Shown here piece after piece: positions 10,702 to 20,093 of a DNA stretch of 32,000 nucleotides; within the stretch, counting starts at the first letter, position 1; every line of letters begins with the position of its first letter. A program made the translations under genes and the position numbers. The notes beneath the pieces were generated by a model. That model did not search any database. It was given only the letters and a program-made list of their open reading frames with translations, and had not been told where the DNA came from. Where the stretch lies: the NCBI RefSeq assembly GCF_022368895.1, contig NZ_CP058714.1. One strand, 5' to 3'. This DNA is from Escherichia coli (GTDB lineage Bacteria > Pseudomonadota > Gammaproteobacteria > Enterobacterales > Enterobacteriaceae).

Positions 10702-10920
10702 TTACCATTCCTCGCGCAGCTTACGCTGGTATTCGACACCATCTTCCTCACTCCCTTGCCAGATGCCAAAAGCACTGGCTCTTGCTGTTTGCGATTGATT
10801 TACCAGGTATTGATCTACCGCTTCCCGTAATAGCTCCGCACGAGGAAGATTACGCTGCACCTCGAGATCATCAAGTTGCTTAAACAACTCATTCGATAAA
10901 TTGAGTAAAATTCTGCCCAT
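10702..10920 (-). CDS. yiiF: Ribbon-helix-helix (CopG-like) family protein YiiF
   Basis: [44 protein letters not shown]...[10 protein letters not shown]; RHH-type N-terminus and position next to fdhE. Start could be 10944. Confidence 0.8.
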   Translation of the reverse strand: MGRILLNLSNELFKQLDDLEVQRNLPRAELLREAVDQYLVNQSQTARASAFGIWQGSEEDGVEYQRKLREEW

Positions 10921-11162
10921 ATCTATACCTGCCAGAGAGTTCATAAATATCTCGCCAATATCATTTTTGAATCTATGGAGAGAAAAGTACCCTTGCCGAA
11001 TCTTTAAAGAAAGCGCATTTACGCATCATTTTTTATTTTTGCGAGGCGTTTTCCAGATACGATGTAACAGTTGCAGTTATTATAAGTTCAAGTAAAACAA
11101 CCTTGTATTAATATCAGAATAAGGGCATCTGGTTTTTATATTCAAGAATAATATATTTTTTG

Positions 11163-11381
11163 TCATTCCTTATGCTCCTTACACTGATCATCAACAACTA
11201 CTGTCTCACCCCTTTGCCTGCCTCCCTTTGCTTTACGCACCGGGAATTGCTGACGTTCCAGATATTGCTCTACCGCTTCGCGTAAAATTGCAGATCGTGA
11301 AACCTTACGCCAGCCCCTAAGCTTGTTCAGCCGTTTAATTGCCTCTTCTGATAAATGAAGAAAAACCGTATTCATCGCCAT
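11163..11381 (-). CDS. yiiE: Ribbon-helix-helix (CopG-like) family protein YiiE
   Basis: MAMNTVFLHLSEEAIKRLNKLRGWRKVSRSAILREAVEQYLERQQFPVRKAKGGRQ; K-12 YiiE-like. Start could be 11408. Confidence 0.8.
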   Translation of the reverse strand: MAMNTVFLHLSEEAIKRLNKLRGWRKVSRSAILREAVEQYLERQQFPVRKAKGGRQRGETVVVDDQCKEHKE

Positions 11382-11831
11382 TACCAATACCTTACATATA
11401 TTACTCATTAATGTATGTGCGAAAATTACGCCGAAAAATCATTTAAAAAAAGCGGATTTTTGCATGCTGTTTTGTTTTTGCGAGACGTTTTCCAGAAATA
11501 ATAAGAACGTTGCAGTTGTTTCATTTGTTAATCAAAAATGGTTTAGTTATCGCCCAGGATGAGATATGGGTGCTATAAATATATTATATTCAGGGATATT
11601 TATTTTTTGATTGGGTCTTCATTTGCATAATCTGAATGGTGTACCCGAAAAACGTCAGCATCCTAACAGCACCAGGATTTAAGGTGAAATTTAACATCCA
11701 TCACAGACCGTTCAATGCTGCCACCAACCGGTCTTTACTTGCTCGTCGTTATAATTTTGTTGGTAACAGTTTGGGAAACAAGGAATTCCTTCCGGAACAC
11801 CCCCGGTATCATCCGATAGCATTGACGTCAA

Positions 11832-11857
11832 TCATCGGCGCGACGATGAGTTTTTTT
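11832..11857 (+). terminator. Candidate intrinsic terminator
   Basis: TCATCG-GCGCGA-CGATGA (6-bp stem) followed by GTTTTTTT. Confidence 0.4.
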
Positions 11858-12076
11858 AATCGCATCATAGGGTGGCAACGGTCAGCACGATACGGGTCAT
11901 AGCAAAACTCCTGCACAGGCGGCCACTATGCCGCTTTCACAGGAGTTCTGAATGCTGGTGCTTTCTGTATGGCATCGCCATGCCCCTCGCGGCTAAGCGC
12001 CTGCACACATCTCTCTTTGAATGTCATTTTTGCAATGCATTGTCCGAATTCTGATAATCCTAATGAGTTTTACCCG

Positions 12077-13891
12077 TCAGACTCCCATCCCTACGGTATA
12101 CGAGCTAGATTCATGAATGAAATCGACATTTTTAAAAAACGAATCTTGTAAAACATCAGTGTTGATATTACCTTGCAACCCAACATTGAATTTGTTAGAG
12201 ACATGAAGAACTCGAATATCAAAAAGGTCTTTTAATATCATTAATTCTTCGGCTGTTAATGAATCGCAGTTAAAATATCCCTGTTGATCAACAAGATTTT
12301 CTATTTCTCCATCATCAGCGAGGCGTTTTTCAAAGAGTGTTTGCAACATCGAGTTGCCAAGGACAATGGATATCGTGCGATCTTTCGCAGATTTACACCC
12401 CATCACAACGGCAACATTCGTATCCCCCTCAGGAGTTTCATTTATCGCCGTCGCTAAAATGGTGGTCAAACACGCAAACGGAACTGTATTTCTTTCGTGA
12501 TTTAATTTATCTACCAGCTCATTCCATTTATCAAAAGCCGGGCGATATTTGTTGCGCACAGAAGCATCCAACTGGGTAAACAATTGAGCCATGCGATTTT
12601 TTATCATCTCGATATCCGGCGAACCAGAAAGACTTTGTGCATAATACGGTCCTGATGATGTTGCATACATTAAAGCCGAGCCCACACCTGTCGCCATGAT
12701 GGGCGCAGCCACGGTTTTGGCAAGGGCGACGCTGCGATGGCTATGCGCTTCACAGGCTAAAGGAACATATTCCACTGACTGCGGTAATTCCTCACATGCC
12801 TCCCTCATCATTGCGGTATGCTTTACAAACAACGGTTTTTCACTGCCCAAAAAAACTTTCTGCTTAATTGCACTAAGAAAACGTAAATCAAAAATGATTG
12901 TTTTTGGTTTATTATTTTTTGGCACATTTCCTATTATCCCGCTAAGAACCTTTCTTGCTGCATGGAGATTTTTTTGCACAGCACATAACACAATTGACGA
13001 AGCCTTCTCTACTGCATTATTGATTTTAATTTTAAAATCTGCATGATATACGTTGACGGGCAATGCAAGTATATCTTCCCCTACATCTTTGGCTGAGTAT
13101 TTATTTGTGATCGACGGTCGTGAATCCACGAGAAAACTTAGCTGCAAATTATGCTCTATATTACCAGCTGTTTTTGTAGTGTGATTAAACATAGAGATGC
13201 CACCTCTCATTCTTTCACACATATCCTCAACTTTTTCACTTCGTTCTTGAGGCAATTTGGCTTTAACGTTAATTTGATGATTTTTACCCGTGCATTCCTT
13301 AACTACAAGAGGAATGTTATCTAAAGTGCCATACAGGCTAATAACGTCACCAGGATTTTTATCATGTAAGTAAGTTTGATTAATACTCGAAGCATTCACA
13401 AAGAGGTCAATATTATAACTGTTTATAACTTCACCTACATCAAATGTGTAGTGCTTACTCTGGAGGCTGCCATCCTTGTTTAATTGTATATCAATCAATA
13501 TATCCCCGGACTTTGTCACCATATCTTTGCCATAAACCATTTGCATAGCCATTTCGAGGAGATTTTTATCTAACTGATTGCGGACGTTGAGTAAGCGACT
13601 ACCAAATAATTTATATACTGTTCCCGTCATTGCCAGCGCTGCACTTTCTGGTACTTTGCGTTTCCACAGTGAGGTTTCTTTATTTTTAAACAGGTCATAT
13701 TTATTATTACTCGACAACCCGAGTTTAAGTTCGTTAACACAATCGCACAGTTGCTCCTCACCTTCCATTTTAAGGCGATGTGAAAAATCATTTAATAGCG
13801 TTTGCTTCGGTGATTCATTACTCATTAGTTGTTTTTCTAAATTAACAACAGAATAACTTTCTTGTTTAATGAGATTAATATTGGCAACCAT
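12077..13891 (-). CDS. Putative IpgD/SopB-like phosphoinositide phosphatase, candidate effector (604 aa)
   Basis: Intact ORF. Near-perfect Shine-Dalgarno AAGGAGG 5 nt before ATG at 13891 (the ORF track extends upstream to 13930). ...TNVAVVMGCKSAKDRTISIVLGNSMLQTLF contains C-x5-R with the CKSxKDRT core of the IpgD/SopB/SigD family, about 97 aa from the C-terminus as in SopB. Noticeably AT-richer than its neighbours. Confidence 0.75.
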   Translation of the reverse strand: MVANINLIKQESYSVVNLEKQLMSNESPKQTLLNDFSHRLKMEGEEQLCDCVNELKLGLSSNNKYDLFKNKETSLWKRKVPESAALAMTGTVYKLFGSRLLNVRNQLDKNLLEMAMQMVYGKDMVTKSGDILIDIQLNKDGSLQSKHYTFDVGEVINSYNIDLFVNASSINQTYLHDKNPGDVISLYGTLDNIPLVVKECTGKNHQINVKAKLPQERSEKVEDMCERMRGGISMFNHTTKTAGNIEHNLQLSFLVDSRPSITNKYSAKDVGEDILALPVNVYHADFKIKINNAVEKASSIVLCAVQKNLHAARKVLSGIIGNVPKNNKPKTIIFDLRFLSAIKQKVFLGSEKPLFVKHTAMMREACEELPQSVEYVPLACEAHSHRSVALAKTVAAPIMATGVGSALMYATSSGPYYAQSLSGSPDIEMIKNRMAQLFTQLDASVRNKYRPAFDKWNELVDKLNHERNTVPFACLTTILATAINETPEGDTNVAVVMGCKSAKDRTISIVLGNSMLQTLFEKRLADDGEIENLVDQQGYFNCDSLTAEELMILKDLFDIRVLHVSNKFNVGLQGNINTDVLQDSFFKNVDFIHESSSYTVGMGV

Positions 13892-14306
13892 TACAGCCTC
13901 CTTCCCACGGTTTAAGAGCAAACATGCCACATAATTATTTACAACATCCAGAAGCAGTAAATGAATGATACTGACAATGACGCCAGTCCATTATCTTTGC
14001 ATAATGTTTGTTAGCTATAGATTTTAAAAATATTTATGAGAAAAGTATTGCACCAGAGGGGGTTTTGACTATCAAAAATCGCTCAAACCTGAACTAAGAT
14101 GATGAATTAAGCATTATCAGCGATAATTGCCACTCAGCTCTACAAATAATATTTAAATGCTCCTGAACAGTGATGTAGCAAGACACGTATGGTGCCAACG
14201 AAGAATAAAAATTTATAGAGTTCTTATTCAATATAACCGGAATAGTCAGAGACTGATGTAAATGACCTGAAAGAATGAGAGAGGCAGCACCGCCCCTCTC
14301 CATCAG

Positions 14307-15296
14307 CTACTCTTCTTCGTTCCCGCCCTCTTCATAGGGGCCAAATGGCTTCGCGGGCAGAACGATATACGTGCCTTCAAACACTGCACCCGGCGTCTCG
14401 TCGCCAAAGATTTCGACCTGCATTTGTACCCGCGCTTTGCGCCCGCGCGCCAGACGGTCGAGATCGCCGCTTAAGGCACCGAGGTCGGCTACCGCATGAG
14501 GTTTACCGCTAATCGGCTTGCTGTAGCGAATATGCGCATCCGCCAGAATAATCGTTCCGCCCAGATGGCGTTCACGCAGCATCAGCCAGATAAGTCCCCA
14601 ACCGGTGAGCGTTGCCAGTGAGAATAAACTCCCGGCAAACAGCGTATGGTGCGGATTCTGATTACCGGTTTCCGGCATGGTGGTGATAAATTTTTGCCCG
14701 GTATATTGCTGAATGCGCACGCCCATTTTTTCGCTTAGCGGGATATGTTCGTACCACGCCTGTTGCAGCTGCGCGCACCAGTCGCCGCGATGCAAAATAT
14801 CATCCAGAGTGGCAACGGGTTTAATCATCAAAAAATGGCGAATCGGCGTGGTGGTTGGGGTAGTGATCTCCCCTTGATTGACAAACCCCAGTTTGGCAAA
14901 AAACTCCACCGCGTCTTCACGGGCACTACAGGTCACGCGCTTAACGCCTTCCTGACGCGCCACCGACTCAAGGGTCATCGCCATCAGCGTTCCTAACCCT
15001 TTGTCCTGCACGTCGGGATGAACGGCCATAAAGCGAATGGACGCTTCATTGTCGGCATTAATATACAGTCGGCCTACCGCCACCAGATTACCCTGCTCGT
15101 CGACGACCATCTGGTGATGCGCCATCGCATCCCACGCGTCGCGTTCCGAACCTTTCGGTTGATGCAGGGGCTTACGCAACATTTCCCAGCGAAACTGATA
15201 GTAACGCTCTAATTCTTCTTCTGTTTGTGGAACCCGAAGGTGATACATAGCGATACTCTCTCTTGTTTCCCGTGACAACCCTGGAAGCTGGCTCAT
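14307..15296 (-). CDS. fabY: FabY (YiiD), fatty-acid biosynthesis protein: GNAT-like N-terminal plus thioesterase-like C-terminal domain
   Basis: 329 aa. [31 protein letters not shown] acetyltransferase motif; [27 protein letters not shown]-terminal domain; position next to dtd. Confidence 0.95.
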
Positions 15297-15730
15297 ACCT
15301 GCAACCAGAATGTCACGGGGCCATCATTGACCAGCGATACCTGCATATCCGCAGCGAAGCGTCCTGTTTGCGTGTTCATCTCTTGCTGACGGCAGCGTTC
15401 GACGAAATAGTCATATAACGCCTCTGCGCGATCCGGTGATGCACCTTTGGAGAAACTTGGACGCATCCCCCGTTCGGTATCTGCGGCGAGGGTAAACTGG
15501 GAAACCACCAGCACACTGCCGCCCGCCTGTTGCACGTTGAGGTTCATCTTGCCTTCGGCATCGCTAAAGATGCGATAGCCGAGCACACGCTCGCACAGAC
15601 GGTTTGCTTTCTGTTCGTCGTCATCCTTTTCGACACCCAATAACACCAAAAGTCCCGCGCCAATTTCGCCCGTCACTTCTCCCTCCACGGTGACGCTGGC
15701 ACGGGTTACGCGTTGAATTAATGCAATCAT
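15293..15730 (-). CDS. dtd: D-aminoacyl-tRNA deacylase
   Basis: 145 aa, [37 protein letters not shown]...[10 protein letters not shown]...[15 protein letters not shown]; overlaps fabY start by 4 nt. Confidence 0.97.
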
Positions 15731-16599
15731 GGTTCGTCGTCTTCTTCTTGTTCAGCTGCTTGTTTTAGTTTGCGGTATTCCCCGAGAGTGACAGTAATTT
15801 CCGCACCAAGCAAGACGATACACCATGTCCAGTAGACCCAGACAAAGAGAATGGGGATCACCGCCAGCACACCGTAAATGAGCTGATATGAGGGGAACAT
15901 GGTGATATAAAGCGCGAAACCTTTCTTTCCTGCTTCGAACAGGAGTGCGGCGACAAACGCGCCGACAATCGCGTCGCGATTAGGTACGCGGATGGTAGGA
16001 ACAATGCTGTACAGCAACCAGAAGGAGATCCACGACAACAGCAGCGGAAAAATACGCAGCACGTTGTCGATGACAGTATTGAGATCGCTCGCCCAGCGCA
16101 GGGAGAGCAAATAGGAACTGATCGCCAGACTGGCCCCTGCCAGCAGCGGCCCCAGCGTTAAAATCATCCAGTACACGGCAAACGAGTAAATTTTTGGTCG
16201 CGCTCGTTTACTGCGCCAGATGGTATTCAACGCGCTATCGATGGAGTACATCAACAATAACGCCGTGACGATCAGCCCGCACGCCCCAACGGCGGTCATC
16301 TTGTTGGAATTGGCAACAAATTGTTCGATATACCGCTGAATAACATCGCCAGTAGCAGGCAGAAAGTTGGCAAAAATAAAGTGACGCAACTGAATGCTGA
16401 CGTCGGAAAACATGGGAAAAGCGGCGAAAAGCGCAAAAACAACGGCAACCAGCGGCACTAATGAGAGCAACGACACATAGGCAAGGTTACCTGCCAGGGT
16501 TGTCATGTTGTCCTCATCAATGCGTTGCCAGAGTAGTTTTAGCCAGGCCCATAGTGGACGGGTACGGTGCCTGGCTTTGTCCTGAATGGTTTTTAGCAT
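15727..16599 (-). CDS. yihY: YihY/UPF0761-type inner membrane protein
   Basis: 290 aa, multi-[28 protein letters not shown]; overlaps dtd by 4 nt. Confidence 0.95.
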
Positions 16600-17192
16600 A
16601 ACACCTTCGCGAAATAGTCCGGGATGGTGGTTTTATCTTTCACCAGAATACTGGTAATGCCTAGCTGATTCGCTCCTTCTATATTATCGGCGTTATCGTC
16701 GAAAAAGACCGTATCGCTGGGTGAAAAACCTTCTGCCTGCAAAACATGCTGATAAATTCGTGCTTCAGGTTTGCGCATCCCCAGATCTTGCGACAGATAG
16801 ATATGGTCAGCAGCATCACGGATTTCCGGGTATTCCTCCGGCCAGAAGGTAGTATGCAGGCGGTTAGTATTGGAAAGCACCACCACGCGATGCCCCTGCT
16901 CACGCAGTTTATGCATGATGGCGATCACTTCCGGGCGCAGCGCGACAAACACCGCCTGCCAGCCGTGAGAGAACTGCTCGTAGCTTAGCGGTAGAGCCAT
17001 CTCATGACACAGCGCCTCTGCGAACGCTTCGTCGCTAATTTCCCCACGCTCATGCTGATGAAACGCCTCGCCCATGTGGAAACTCTTCTTAAGCGTAGCC
17101 AGTGGAACACGCGTTAAATCGCTCCAGGCTCCCAGCACACGGTTAAAGTCGATATCGACAATCACATTACCTAAATCAAAGATATAGAGCAT
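16593..17192 (-). CDS. yihX: HAD-family alpha-D-glucose-1-phosphate phosphatase YihX
   Basis: [19 protein letters not shown] motif I, VVVLSNTN motif [12 protein letters not shown] motif IV; 199-aa form starting at 17192. Confidence 0.95.
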
Positions 17193-17290
17193 TTTTGCCT
17201 CCTTTCGCGCCACAAGAAATTAACTGTAGCGGGAAAGGATGGGTTTGGCTATGTGGTCAGGTATGAAGCCAGGTCAACGGTCACAAAATT

Positions 17291-18076
17291 CTACGCGTCT
17301 TCCTGGGGAAGGATGATTTCAATTTGGCTGTCTTGTAAGCGTGATTTTAGCGCAGCGGGCGGCAGCTCGTCGGTAAAGAGCGCAGTGACCTGTGCCACAT
17401 TACCAATTTCAACCGCCGCCGAAGCATGATACTTAGTGTGATCGGCGACCAGCAGAATATTTCTCGCGTGCGCCATCATCGTTTTCACCACGTTAGCTTC
17501 GTTAACATCAAACTCCATCAACGCGCCATCGCTCTCAATTGCGCCTACACTTGTTACCAGATAATCGGCGCGAAAATCGGCCACAAAGGACGCCGCTGAA
17601 GGGCCAATGATCCCACTGTTATGGGAACGCAGCGTTCCGCCAGGCACCATCACTTCAAAGCGCGGGTTGTGGTAAAGAATATGCGCCACACGCAGGCTGT
17701 TGGTGATTATCCGCAAATGGTTATGGTTAAGTAACGCCCGGGCAACATGCTCAACGGTCGTACCAATGGTGATAAATATTGTCGATCCATCAGGAATATA
17801 GTCTGCCACCGCTTCGGCAATCGCTTTTTTCTCTTCAGTTTGCGAAACCTCACGCTGCTCGAACGCCGTATTAACGACGCTGGAAGCCCGACCCGCGCCA
17901 CCGTGATGGCGCGTAATCAGTCCTTGCTCGCTTAATTTACGAATATCCCGGCGGACCGTCTGCGTGGAGACATCCAGCAGATTTGCCAGCTCATCAATAT
18001 TCATATACCCACGCTCGGCGATCAGCATGAGGAGTTGGTCGTGCCGCGGGTTACCGGTTAGTTCGGTAAGGCTCAT
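17291..18076 (-). CDS. csqR: DeoR-family regulator of sulfoquinovose utilisation, CsqR (YihW)
   Basis: MSLTELTGNPRHDQLLMLIAERGYMNIDELANLLDVSTQTVRRDIRKLSEQGLITRHHGGAG; DeoR wHTH, located at the end of the yih cluster. Confidence 0.95.
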   Translation of the reverse strand: MSLTELTGNPRHDQLLMLIAERGYMNIDELANLLDVSTQTVRRDIRKLSEQGLITRHHGGAGRASSVVNTAFEQREVSQTEEKKAIAEAVADYIPDGSTIFITIGTTVEHVARALLNHNHLRIITNSLRVAHILYHNPRFEVMVPGGTLRSHNSGIIGPSAASFVADFRADYLVTSVGAIESDGALMEFDVNEANVVKTMMAHARNILLVADHTKYHASAAVEIGNVAQVTALFTDELPPAALKSRLQDSQIEIILPQEDA

Positions 18077-18109
18077 GAAAATTCCTCGAAAAACCATCAC
18101 CCTGGCATT

Positions 18110-19006
18110 TTATACAAAAAGTGACAAAAAAGATCGGGTTTGATCACAGTCAGGGATCCCAGCTCGTCCACCGGGACGTGTGCATTTTAACGCCGCTACA
18201 CCGCTGGCGAAGCGGACTGACTCCGCTAAATCCCCACCTGTGGCCAGCGCCACCGCCAAAGCGCCGTGAAAAACATCACCCGCTCCTGTGGTATCTACCA
18301 CATCAACTTTGAAGGCCGGTTGATGTTGACGCCCGCCATTTTCCAGCCAGTCGCAGCCTGCGCTGCCCTGGGTCACATAGACATGACCATTTGTGAGCGT
18401 TTGTGCCTGTTTTAGGGCACTCGCCATCTCTTTCACGCCCGTTAAGCGCGCCAGACCCGGTTCTGAAAAAGCTGCATGATCGCTTAACGCCACCAGTTCG
18501 CTGATATCCTGCGGCGTAATATCACCGTCCAGCACGGTCATTACGCCCGCCTGCCGCGCCAGAGTGAAGGCTTTTTTCGCGCCGTCGTGCCAGCGTACAT
18601 CTGCCAGCACCACGTCCCACTGAGAGAAATCAATTTCCTCCAACCACTCTGCATCTGGCAGTAGGTCTGGGCTGGGATAGTTAATGATGATTCGCTCACC
18701 TTTGGCATCCACCATGATGGCGGATTGCGAAGATTTCGCCTGGTTATACCGTTTGGTGTAACGGGTGTTAACGCCCCAGGATTCCAGCTCTGCCAGCAGG
18801 CTGTTACCCGTGTCGTCATCACCGACGCGACCAATAAAATCGACCTGCGCCCCCAGCCTTGCCGCCGCAACCGCTGCCGTCGCCGCTGGCCCGCCACCAA
18901 CTTCCGTATAATTTCTCGCCACGTATTTACCGCTCTCCGTCGGTAATCCTTCCACGTAATAAATACGATCCATCACGGTAATACCTACACAAGCAACACG
19001 AATCAT
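18110..19006 (-). CDS. yihV: 6-deoxy-6-sulfofructose kinase (PfkB family)
   Basis: 298 aa, MIRVACVGITVMDRIYYVEGLP...VDVVDTTGAGDVFHGALAVAL; PfkB signatures. Confidence 0.96.
   Translation of the reverse strand: MIRVACVGITVMDRIYYVEGLPTESGKYVARNYTEVGGGPAATAAVAAARLGAQVDFIGRVGDDDTGNSLLAELESWGVNTRYTKRYNQAKSSQSAIMVDAKGERIIINYPSPDLLPDAEWLEEIDFSQWDVVLADVRWHDGAKKAFTLARQAGVMTVLDGDITPQDISELVALSDHAAFSEPGLARLTGVKEMASALKQAQTLTNGHVYVTQGSAGCDWLENGGRQHQPAFKVDVVDTTGAGDVFHGALAVALATGGDLAESVRFASGVAALKCTRPGGRAGIPDCDQTRSFLSLFV
18113..18130. promoter_or_regulatory. Candidate CsqR operator motif upstream of csqR
   Basis: ACAAAAAGTGACAAAAAA with the AAAAAGTGAC core at 18116-18125, shared with two sites in the yihV-yihU gap. 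Confidence 0.35.
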
Positions 19007-19056
19007 GGTCATTCCTTAAGCATTTTGGGATGCGTTCATTTTAATTTCACCAATTG

Positions 19057-19155
19057 TTTAAAAAGTGACGGCTGTCAATTTTTTGACGATAAATTACAAA
19101 TACGATCAAAAACAGACAAGCAAAGCATGTCATAAATGACAAAAAGTGACATCAC
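19057..19155. promoter_or_regulatory. Divergent yihV/yihU regulatory region with two AAAAAGTGAC repeats
   Basis: AAAAAGTGAC at 19060-19069 and 19141-19150, 81 bp apart, between divergent genes. Confidence 0.5.
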
Positions 19156-19173
19156 TGTATTCAGGAGAGGGTT

Positions 19174-20070
19174 ATGGCAGCAATCGCGTTTATCGGTTTA
19201 GGACAAATGGGTTCGCCAATGGCGAGCAATTTATTGCAGCAAGGGCATCAACTTCGCGTCTTTGATGTGAACGCCGAAGCTGTGCGGCATCTGGTAGACA
19301 AAGGTGCGACTCCCGCCGCCAACCCGGCGCAGGCCGCTAAAGATGCCGAATTTATCATTACCATGTTGCCGAATGGCGATCTGGTGCGCAGCGTGTTGTT
19401 CGGTGAAAACGGCGTTTGCGAAAGCTTATCTACCGATGCGCTGGTCATCGATATGTCGACCATCCATCCGCTGCAAACCGATAAATTGATTGCCGATATG
19501 CAGGCCAGAGGCTTCAGCATGATGGATGTTCCGGTAGGCCGTACTTCTGCAAATGCCATTACCGGTACTCTGTTACTGCTGGCTGGCGGCACCGCTGAAC
19601 AAGTTGAACGCGCCACACCGATCCTGATGGCGATGGGCAGCGAGTTGATCAACGCGGGCGGTCCGGGCATGGGGATCCGCGTTAAGCTTATCAACAACTA
19701 CATGAGCATCGCGCTCAATGCGTTGTCGGCAGAAGCCGCCGTTTTGTGCGAAGCCCTCAATCTTCCCTTCGATGTTGCCGTCAAGGTAATGAGCGGTACT
19801 GCCGCCGGTAAAGGCCACTTCACCACTTCCTGGCCGAACAAAGTCCTCAGCGGGGATCTTTCTCCCGCCTTCATGATCGATCTTGCCCATAAGGATCTTG
19901 GCATCGCCCTTGATGTCGCCAACCAGTTGCATGTGCCGATGCCACTGGGGGCCGCCTCACGGGAGGTTTATAGCCAGGCGCGCGCAGCGGGTCGCGGTCG
20001 CCAGGACTGGTCCGCCATTCTGGAGCAGGTCCGTGTCAGTGCCGGGATGACTGCCAAAGTAAAAATGTAA
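19174..20070 (+). CDS. yihU: 3-sulfolactaldehyde reductase
   Basis: 298 aa, [31 protein letters not shown]; beta-hydroxyacid dehydrogenase fold. Confidence 0.96.
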   Translation: MAAIAFIGLGQMGSPMASNLLQQGHQLRVFDVNAEAVRHLVDKGATPAANPAQAAKDAEFIITMLPNGDLVRSVLFGENGVCESLSTDALVIDMSTIHPLQTDKLIADMQARGFSMMDVPVGRTSANAITGTLLLLAGGTAEQVERATPILMAMGSELINAGGPGMGIRVKLINNYMSIALNALSAEAAVLCEALNLPFDVAVKVMSGTAAGKGHFTTSWPNKVLSGDLSPAFMIDLAHKDLGIALDVANQLHVPMPLGAASREVYSQARAAGRGRQDWSAILEQVRVSAGMTAKVKM

Positions 20071-20093
20071 CGACTGGATAAAGGAATAAATGA

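Noticed and set aside
11636-12054. Small plus-strand ORFs 11636..11902 and 11872..12054 as genes in the effector flank
   Set aside because: No recognisable product, no clear ribosome binding sites, and they cross the inverted repeats and terminator-like hairpin. Noncoding or decayed sequence is more likely.
12337-13856. Plus-strand ORFs inside the effector-like gene (12337..12579, 12696..13046, 13578..13856)
   Set aside because: Antisense to the long intact coding frame with a strong RBS; no domain signal.
16593-17213. Extended N-terminus of YihX starting at 17213 ([12 protein letters not shown])
   Set aside because: The conserved HAD motif starts right after the internal ATG at 17192, giving the expected 199-aa form.
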